A DNA stretch of 40,301 bases. It comes from Nemertoderma westbladi. Taxonomy: Eukaryota; Animalia; Xenacoelomorpha. Positions 24,272 to 33,100 of the stretch are shown here, one piece after another (positions within the stretch are counted from its first letter, which is position 1; each line of letters begins with the position of its first letter). The notes under the pieces were generated by a model. That model was given only the letters and a program-made list of their open reading frames with translations. It had not been told where the DNA came from and searched no databases. The translations under genes were made by a program, and so were the position numbers. The DNA lies in assembly GCA_032718475.1 (NCBI GenBank), contig JAUCBJ010001754.1:1-40301 (forward strand), in the 5' to 3' direction.

Positions 24272-25321
24272 AATACACCACGAACATAGGCGAAAACAGC
24301 AGTAATTAAAATCAGCCCCAAAAATAGCACACTAGGAAAAGGACCGGCTGAATTCATAAAACTGTAGGAAGTCAATTACATTTTTTAATTAAATGAATGT
24401 ATTCCACAGACTCTAAAATAAATTACTTTTTGTTATGCTGTAGCCATATGGAGAATAATGGAGTTCACCACTCGAAGTCAAAACCAGCTTAATTAGATGC
24501 AATAATATCACAGAAACACAAAGGCGTTTACAGAATTCAATAAGATACAAAAATAGCCGAGATATTGGTGTTTTCAATTTAAAAAACGCAATAATTTTTC
24601 TTGTTCGTTTAAATCACTCATAATGTAAATTTTTTTGACTTTTTATTTCTGCCAGAAATCTACCGTTAGGTTCCATTCTACCGGTTTCTCTACTGCTGTT
24701 CTCTTAGGCTATCAGTACTGGTATTAGTATATAGAGCAGTATTTTGCAGCCTATTGCCGTATTGTATGTAGGTATAAAGCCTATGACTTAGAAATAATTA
24801 TATAGTATTATACAATTCAGCTACTGTACAATAGATACCGATACCTGTACTCTGATATAGCATAAACATCAGTTGTAAATGAGAGAATGATGGTAATTAA
24901 TAATATCTAATATAATATTTCAGAATTTTAGTACCGGCTGACCGCGCTACCTTTTAAATAATTAATAAATTTTAGATAATTGATACATATCTGGATAAGG
25001 CATTTAAAATGGATCGTGACTACTGTAATGTTTTGGGTAGCTGTAGTGGTACCTCTAAATCTATAATGTAGTTCGAAACTAACAGATCAGTCCTCATACA
25101 ATGTGTTCGAAAAATCTACTTATTCCCCATTTGAAACACACTGATATCGAAAATATCGGACCGGTTTTAGCTAAAAAGCTAAGAGATTGTCCCAATAAAG
25201 GATATATATATACAACTGTACATAATGTAAAATAATGCCGCTCGATAATGTGCTCATTTTCCTTAATTGGTAAAGTGATCGTTTATTGTTTTTTCTTGTG
25301 TTTTGTATTGTCAATATACAG

Positions 25322-25381
25322 TAGGTGGGGTGAAGACCAATACTAGTGACACGTCACTAGTATTGGTCTTCACCCCACCTA
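25322..25381. repeat. Perfect 29-bp-arm hairpin with a 2-nt loop
   Basis: TAGGTGGGGTGAAGACCAATACTAGTGAC-AC-GTCACTAGTATTGGTCTTCACCCCACCTA. Confidence 0.93.
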
Positions 25382-25430
25382 TATTGATAATATGATTAGA
25401 ACAGTGACCTGGGCACGGAACTACCTATTA

Positions 25431-26515
25431 CGTTTATTGTTTTGGTTAGAAACACCCGCTTCTGTAACCTGCTACTTTCCCTCAATTGGTAATTGTGATC
25501 GTTTATTATTGTTTTGGTTAGAAACAGCCCGCCTCTGTAACCTGCTCCTTTCCGCCAAGTGGTAAAGTGACCGTTTCATTGATTTAGTTAGAAAAGCCCG
25601 CCTCTGTAACCTGCTCCTTTGCCCCAAATACGTAAAGTTTATTGTTTTGGTTAGAATAGCCCTTCTATGTAACCTGCTCCTTTCCCCCCAATAGGTAAAG
25701 TGATTGTTATTGTTTTGGTTAGAACAGCCAGTCTATGTAACCTGCTCCGTTCCTTCAATTGGTAAGGTGCTCGTTTATTGTTTTGGTTATAAAAGCCTGC
25801 CTCTAGAACCTGCTCCTTTGCCTCATTGGTTAAAGTGATCGTTTATTATTTTGGTTAGAAAAGGCCGCCTCTGTAACCTGCTCCTTTCCCTCAATTGGTG
25901 ATGTGATCGTTTATTGTTTTGGTTAGAAAATTACGCCTCTGTAAACTGCTCCTTTCCCTGAATTAGTTACGTGATCGTTTATTGTTTTGGTTAGAAATCC
26001 CGCCTCTGTAACCTGCTCCTTTCCATCAATTAGTTAAGTGATCGTTTATTGTTTTGGTTAGAAAATCCCGCCTCTGTAACCTGCTCCTTTCCCTGAATTA
26101 GTTAAGTGATCGTTTATTGTTTTGGTTAGAAAATCCCGCCTCTGTAGCCTGCTCCTTTCCCTGATTTGGTAAAGTGACCGTTTATTGTTTTGGTTAGGAG
26201 CCCGCCTCTGTAACCTGCTCCTTTCCTTCATTTGGTAAAGTGACTGTTTATTGTTTTGGTTAGAAAATCCCGCCTCTTTTACCCGCTCCTTTCCCTCAAT
26301 TAGTTAAATGATCGTTTATTGTTTTGGTTAGAAAATCCCGCCTTTGTAACCTGCTCCTTTCCATGATTTGGTAAAGTGACCGTTGATTGTTTTGGTTAGA
26401 AAGGCCCACCTCTGTAAGCCTGCTCCTTTCCTTCATTTGGTAAAGTGACCGTTTATTGTTTTGGTTAGAAAATCCGGCCTTTCTAACCTGCTCCTTTCCA
26501 TCAATCGGTAATTGT
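25431..26515 (+). repeat. Minisatellite, 67-68-bp unit, roughly 16 copies
   Basis: Tandem CGTTTATTGTTTTGGTTAGAAAATCCCGCCTCTGTAACCTGCTCCTTTCCCTCAATTGGTAAAGTGAT. Unit starts at 25908, 25976, 26043 and 26111. Confidence 0.93.
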
Positions 26516-26870
26516 TTTTGGCTTTAAAATGAGTGTTTTGCTACGTCATATGGTAGGCCTATATGGTTCGACAACAACCACAAACTATGAAATTTAGTCT
26601 TTTACCACAGGCGCATATGGAAATCTATCTCATAGTCTATAAATCGTGGAATTTTGAATGTTTTGCCACAATTATTGTAAATTAAACTGTCTGACAGTCA
26701 GTCAAGAAATCAACAAATTTTGAATGTTTTGGCATAGGCATATTTTGAAATCAACTGTCTGACAGTCCAGAAACCAGCAGTTTGATAGTTGGAAGAAATA
26801 CATACATAAAAAGTCATTAAAGGGACAACAAAAGTCATTTATGTACAATTTGTAAAAAAAGGCGGACAAA

Positions 26871-26975
26871 AGGTATCAGAATGTTGATATCAATTGGATT
26901 CCGAGGCGAGGCGTATACAGTACAGTAGTATACGCCTCGCCTCGGAATCCCTTTGATATCAACATTCAGATACCT
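26871..26975. repeat. ~105-bp imperfect hairpin
   Basis: AGGTATCAGAATGTTGATATCAA..GGATTCCGAGGCGAGGCGTATAC-loop-GTATACGCCTCGCCTCGGAATCC..TTGATATCAACATTCAGATACCT. Confidence 0.88.
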
Positions 26976-27002
26976 AATACTATCTTTGTGTAAATTAGGC
27001 GG

Positions 27003-27185
27003 GATGCTAAAATAGCCGAGATATTGGTGTTTTCAGTTTAAAAAATATTCAAAATTTTAAAACGATCTGTGATTGGCCGTGACGACACTATACGGTATAG
27101 TGACGTCATGGCCAATCACAGATCGTTCTCAAATTTTGAATATTTTTTAAACTGAAAACACCAATATCTTGACTATTTTAGCATC
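27003..27185. repeat. ~183-bp near-perfect hairpin
   Basis: GATGCTAAAATAG...AACGATCTGTGATTGGCC..GAC..CACTATAC-G-GTATAGTG...GGCCAATCACAGATCGTT...CTATTTTAGCATC. Confidence 0.9.
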
Positions 27186-27570
27186 TTATTGAATTCTGTA
27201 AATGCCATTGTGTTTCTGTGATATTATTGCATCTAATTAATCTGGCTTTGAATTCGTGAACCCCATTGTCTTCCACATGTCTTGCTATCCCTAATACGGG
27301 TATGCGGTAATGTTATCGCCATCGGCAGTGGTAAATTGCAATATCATGAATTTAATGAGAATGAATTTCGTGAACATTATAGATATTGTGGGCGGGGCGA
27401 GCCAAGCAGTAAAGACATACAGACCCCGGACATAATCTCCTTAGTAGAATTTGCCTCCCCTCGGGATAATTTGCCCCCCCCCCCCCCATTTTCCAGCACA
27501 CCACACTCTACCAGCTGGTAGGTGCCTATTCCAGTATTCGCCTATTGCAGTATTCTGGTATTGCAGTATT

Positions 27571-27680
27571 GGATTTTGCCCGGGGGAATAATCTCCTATG
27601 AGATTTTTCCCGGGGGAATAATCTCCTAGGATATTCTGACCTGGGGGCATAATCTCCTAGGAGATTTTGCCCGGGGAGGC
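27571..27680. repeat. ~30-bp tandem repeat (3-4 copies) with an internal palindrome
   Basis: GATTTTGCCCGGGGGAATAATCTCCTAGGA-type units. AATCTCCTAGGAGATT is self-complementary. Confidence 0.75.
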
Positions 27681-27816
27681 ATATTCGACTGGGGGAAAAT
27701 TCTCGTGCAACACCGGTAACGGACTGTACTGGTCTTACAGTAGGAAGACAATTCTCCATGGTTACAGGATAACGAAAAGTAATTTATTTTAGAGGGTGTG
27801 GAATACAGTCATTTAA

Positions 27817-28757
27817 GGGGGGGGGGGGGGGGGGGGGGGGTATCACCCCTAAATTGAACCTCACATTTTTGTGTCTCTGGACCATAAAATTGGATGAAAG
27901 TAAATTATTTTTTGTGCTACTAAACATCGTCTGGACTGTGTGAGAATACCCAATCCAAATATTTTTAAAATTGGCCCCAAAATGGCTCCGTAATGGCCAA
28001 AAGTGCCTTTTTGCGCCAAAGGGCTATTTCTCCACCAATATTTGTTGAAATATGTCCAAATTTGGAATATAGGTTCAGAACAACCCTGCATCTAATTCTT
28101 CTGAACGAATTTTACCTCAAATGCTCTGGAACCTTTTTAGAACAAAAAGGCCCCAAAAAAGGGCTTTTTTTTGGCCTTTTTGATCTAAAAAGGCTCCAGG
28201 GCATTTCCAACCAAATTTGTTCAGAAGAAGTATTGAGAAGGGTATTCTTAACGAGTGTACCAAAATTAAAATTGATTAAATTTAAATTAATTAAAATTGG
28301 CGGAGAAATAGCCTTTTTCATGAAAAAACGTAATTCTGAGATATGCTGTTTAAAGTTCAAGGAACAATTCAAACCTTCCCGCTATTTTAGATAATACCAT
28401 TTTTCTATGTTAAACAATAACTTTGTCAAAAATGAATGAAATTCAACGAAATTGTTCATGCTTGCTAAACATAGAACTAGTAAAACAACTTTCTAGCAAT
28501 TTTATTCATATCTGTAACGTGAGAGCCTTTTTTATGAAAAGGGCCCCGCACAATTGTAAAATATAGTGCTGCTCGAAGGGTTTTCAAAAATCAGACTAGC
28601 TCTTACGTTTTGGGTAATAACTTGAGTTTGAGAAAAGATATGAGAAAACTGCTTGCAGATTTGAAATCTCCATTAAATTCGGCTCATGATAGAATAAAAA
28701 ATATTTTTTGTCAATTTCCAAAATAGGGGGGTGCTACCCCCCCCCCCCCCACCCCCC
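27817..28757. mobile_element. Second TTAA-flanked poly-G/poly-C element (Kolobok-like, 941 bp)
   Basis: TTAA(27813-27816)-G(n)TATCACCCC...GGGGGTGCTAC(n)-TTAA(28758-28761). The paralogous empty site at ~24381-24400 lacks the insertion and the duplicated TTAA. Confidence 0.87.
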
Positions 28758-29213
28758 TTAATTAAAAAATGTAATTGACTTCCTACAGTTTTATGAATTC
28801 AGCCGGTCTTTTTCCCAGTGTGTTATTTTTTGGTGCTAATTTTAATTTCTGAGGTGTTCGCTTATGTTCGGGGACCGACCAATTATTTCTAAAAAATAAT
28901 ATATTTGTAGAAAATATAAATAGATGCGATGTCATTATTCTATATTATCATCCTATATCACCTTTCTTTGTCGCGTTTCCTTCCCAATATCCACATACAG
29001 TACATTATTCAGAAGAATGAACTCAATAAATTTAATGATCAAAGCAAGGCTAACATCTCATGGGTATATTTATTTAAATTCTAAATAAACTCATAGAATT
29101 ATTATCTCCCATCGGCCTTGCAGCCAATGAATCTGTTATATAATTAATATATCTATCTTATTATAAATTATTAAGTAACATTACAGGGTCACAATTTGAT
29201 CTTTCGAACTAAC

Positions 29214-29483
29214 CCTTTCAAAGTTTGTTTCTTCGCTTCTCGTTACCCGTGTCGTTCTAAATAGTGTTGGCGATTGCCTTCTAGTTCTTCTATTGAAACA
29301 ATAATTGCAAACAGCATCCATTATCTTTAATGTATTGCCTAAAAAATCGCCACAACTATAAACCTTACGAATTTCCTCTGTAACCGATTGATCTAGACTC
29401 CTGTACTGGCTTCCCACGGTCTCAAACACCACTCCCACAATGATAAATAATAATATTAATAAGGTACTGCTTGATGGTGCCAT
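29214..29483 (-). CDS. Exon 1 of an 8-cysteine insulin-like peptide (octinsulin-like): signal peptide, B chain, C-peptide, start of A chain
   Basis: Hydrophobic signal MAPSSSTLLILLFIIVGVVFETVGS, B-chain-like YSCGDFLGNTLKIMDAVCNYCFN, basic cleavage site RRTRR, further RxxR sites (RTTR, RVTR), then SEETNFER ending at the donor AGG|GTTAGT. Confidence 0.85.
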
Positions 29484-29523
29484 ATTTCCACTAATTATGT
29501 TATAATTGTCTCGTATCGGTATA

Positions 29524-29929
29524 TCTGGCGGTCACAATAGAAATAGACCTATTGCCTAAATTTTTAAATATATTTCAAGATTGCGCGAAGGCCCTGAAAT
29601 GTATAGCATTTCAGGAAAAAATAAACATTCAAATAACAACTTTTATTTTATATTAAGTTTAATGTGTATAGTGGCACATTTTAATATCGAAAAAAGCAAT
29701 AAAATTTAGAAACACCAACTAATACTGAACTTAAAAATAATTTTCAACTTTTCCAAATTTTTTATCCGCTCAACCAAACCTTGCCGCATACCTTATCCCA
29801 TAACTCGAGAACTAAAATGGAAAAACCCCGTGGATATTTGAAATATTCTGAAAATTCTATATTTAGAAGGCCAATAAAATAAAATTTGACGAATATGGCA
29901 ATAGGTCCTTTTCTATTGTCACCGCCACA
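29524..29929. mobile_element. MITE with ~33-bp imperfect TIRs, TA-flanked
   Basis: TA-TCTGGCGGTCACAATAGAAATAGACCTATTGCC ... GGCAATAGGTCCTTTTCTATTGTCACCGCCACA-TA. Confidence 0.82.
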
Positions 29930-30145
29930 TATTGAAGGCTTTAGGATAGAAAATGAGTTTACCCAGAGCCAGAGAGGTGTTGATTAGTGGAACGCCGGCA
30001 CGTACCGTTTCTTTTACCTTTCACATCCGAATAAAATAATGTTGAAATATAAAATCGGTATAAATGTGTTCGCGCTTTTGATCTCAGCGTGTTTGATCGG
30101 TAAATATTTTAGTCAAAACGCTCTCAAATTTGTTTTAAAAACAGT

Positions 30146-33100
30146 ATCATTTATTTTGTACGATCTTTGCCATTTATGTTGTGAGGTCTTTGTCACTTAT
30201 TTTGTGAGGTTTTTGCCATTTATGTTGTGAGGTATTTGTCATTTATTTTGTGAGGTATTTGCCTTTATGTTGTGAGGTCTTTGTAATTTATTTTATAAGA
30301 TCTTTGCCATTTATGTTGTAAGGTCTTTGTCATTTATTTTGTGAGGTCTTTGTCATTTATTTTGTGAGGTCTTTGTCATTTAATTTGTGAGATCTTTGTC
30401 ATTTATTTTGTGAGGTCTTTGCCATTTATGTTGTGAGGTATTTGTCATTTATTTTGTGAGGTATTTGCCTTTATGTTGTGAGGTCTTTGTAATTTATTTT
30501 ATAAGATCTTTGCCATTTATGTTGTAAGGTCTTTGTCATTTATTTTGTGAGGTCTTTGTCATTTATTTTGTGAGGTCTTTGTCATTTAATTTGTGAGATC
30601 TTTGTCATTTATGTTGTGAGACCTTTGTCATTTATTTTGTGAGGTCTTTGTAATTTATTTTGTGAGGTCTTTGTCATTTATTTTGTGAGGTCTTTGTCAT
30701 TTATTTTGTGAGGTCTTTGCCATTTATTTTGTGAGGTCTTTGTCATTTATTTTGTGAGACCTTTGTCATTTATTTTGTGAGACCTTTGTCATTTATGTTG
30801 TGAGGTCTTTGTCATTTATTTTGTGAGGTCTTTGTCATTTATTTTGTGAGGTCTTTGTCATTTAATTTGTGAGATCTTTGTCATTTATTTTGTGAGATCT
30901 TTGTCATTTATTTTGTGAGGTCTTTGTCATTTATTTTGTACGATCTTTGTCATTTATTTTGTGAGGTCTTTGTCATTTATTTTGTGAGATCTTTGTCATT
31001 TATGTTGTGAGGTCTTTGTCATTTATTTTGTGAGGTCTTTGTCATTTATTTTGTGAGGTCTTTGTCATTTAATTTGTGAGATATTTGTCATTTATTTTGT
31101 GAGATCTTTGTCATTTATCTTGTAAGGTGTTTGTCATTTATTTTGTGAGGTCTTTGTCATTTAATTTGTGAGATCTTTGTCATTTATTTTGTGAGGTCTT
31201 TGTCATTTAATTTGTGAGATCTTTGTCATTTATTTTGTGAGATCTTTGTCATTTATTTTGTGAGGTCTTTGTCATTTATTTTGTACGATCTTTGTCATTT
31301 ATTTTGTGAGGTCTTTGTCATTTATTTTGTGAGATCTTTGTCATTTATGTTGTGAGGTCTTTGTCATTTATTTTGTGAGGTCTTTGTCATTTATTTTGTG
31401 AGGTCTTTGTCATTTAATTTGTGAGATATTTGTCATTTATTTTGTGAGATCTTTGTCATTTATCTTGTAAGGTGTTTGTCATTTATTTTGTGAGGTCTTT
31501 GTCATTTAATTTGTGAGATCTTTGTCATTTATTTTGTGAGGTCTTTGTCATTTAATTTGTGAGATCTTTGTCATTTATTTTGTGAGGTCTTTGTCATTTA
31601 TTTTGTGAGGTCTTTGTCATTTATTTTGTGAGGTCTTTGTCATTTATTTTGTGAGGTCTTTGTCATTTATTTTGTGAGACCTTTGTCATTTATTTTGTAC
31701 GATCTTTGTCATTTATTTTGTGAGGTATTTGTCATTTATTTTGTGAGGTCTTTGTCATTTATTTTCTGAGATCTTTGTCATTTATTTTGTGAGGTCTTTG
31801 TCATTTATTTTGTGAGGTCTTTGTCATTTATTTTGTGATGAGGTCTTTGTCATTTATTTTGTGAGGTCTTTGTCATTTATTTTGTGAGGTCTTTGTCATT
31901 TATGTTGTGAGGTCTTTGTCATTTATTTTGTGAGGTCTTTGTCATTTATTTTGTGAGGTCTTTGTCATTTATTTTCTGAGATCTTTGTCATTTATTTTGT
32001 GAGGTCTTTGTCATTTATTTTGTGAGGTCTTTGTCATTTATTTTGTGATGAGGTCTTTGTCATTTATTTTGTGAGGTCTTTGTCATTTATTTTGTGAGGT
32101 CTTTGTCATTTATGTTGTGAGGTCTTTGTCATTTATTTTATAAGATCTTTGTCATTTAATTTGTGAGATCTTTGTCATTTATTTTGTACGATCTTTGTCA
32201 TTTATTTTGTGAGGTCTTTGTCATTTATTTTGTGAGGTCTTTGTCATTTATTTTGTGAGGTCTTTGTCATTTATTTTGTGAGGTCTTTGTCATTTATTTT
32301 GTGAGGTCTTTGTCATTTATTTTGTGAGGTCTTTGTCATTTATTTTGCGAGGTCTTTGTCATTTATTTTGTGAGGTCTTTGTCATTTATTTTGTGAGGTC
32401 TTTGTCATTTATTTTGTGAGGTCTTTGTCATTTATTTTGTGAGGTCTTTGTCATTTATTTTGTGAGGTCTTTGTCATTTATTTTGTGAGGTCTTTGTCAT
32501 TTATTTTGTGAGACCTTTGTCATTTATTTTGTGAGGTCTTTGTCATTTATTTTGTGAGGTCTTTGTCATTTATTTTGTGAGGTCTTTGTCATTTATTTTG
32601 TGAGGTCTTTGTCATTTATTTTGTGAGGTCTTTGTCATTTATTTTGTGAGGTCTTTGTCATTTATTTTGTGAGACCTTTGTCATTTATTTTGTGAGGTCT
32701 TTGTCATTTATTTTGTGAGGTCTTTGTCATTTATTTTGTGACGTCTTTGTCATTTATTTTGCGAGGTCTTTGTCATTTATTTTGTGAGGTCTTTGTCATT
32801 TATTTTGTGAGGTCTTTGTCATTTATTTTGTGAGGTCTTTGTCATTTATTTTGTGAGGTCTTTGTCATTTATTTTGTGAGGTCTTTGTCATTTATTTTGC
32901 GAGGTCTTTGTCATTTATTTTGTGAGGTCTTTGTCATTTATTTTGTGAGGTCTTTGTCATTTATTTTGTGAGGTCTTTGTCATTTATTTTGTGAGGTCTT
33001 TGTCATTTATTTTGTGAGGTCTTTGTCATTTATTTTGTGAGGTCTTTGTCATTTATTTTGTGAGACCTTTGTCATTTATTTTGTGAGGTCTTTGTCATTT

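Larger units (their letters stand above)
24282..28870. mobile_element. Inverted pair of a ~300-bp repeat (left arm 24282-24586; right arm fragmented at 27146-27267, 27751-27816 and 28758-28870), possibly one long-TIR element
   Basis: ACCGGCTGAATTCATAAAACTGTAGGAAGTCAATTACATTTTTTAAT (~24343) is the reverse complement of 28761-28807. TTAATTAGATGCAATAATATCACAGAAACACAA (~24489) is the reverse complement of ~27209-27240. Confidence 0.75.
12950..29213 (-). other. Predicted 16,264-bp phase-0 intron of the insulin-like peptide gene
   Basis: Donor AGG|GTTAGT at 29214/29213 and acceptor CCCCAG|GAT at 12950/12949. Both are phase 0 and give an in-frame join ...ETNFER|DCCHRKLC.... A small extra internal exon cannot be excluded. 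Confidence 0.7.

Noticed and set aside
24082-24309. Poly-Asp protein ORF
   Set aside because: It is a translation of a (GAC)n microsatellite inside a repeat element and has a non-ATG start.
27861-28394. Transposase ORFs inside the TTAA element
   Set aside because: The ORFs are short, overlap on both strands and show no DDE or other recognisable motif.
29181-29213. ORF tail VSSKDQIVTL* as the true C-terminus of a single-exon protein
   Set aside because: It follows a good donor (AGG|GTTAGT) and would leave a B chain with no A chain. It is more likely intronic, though intron retention is not excluded.
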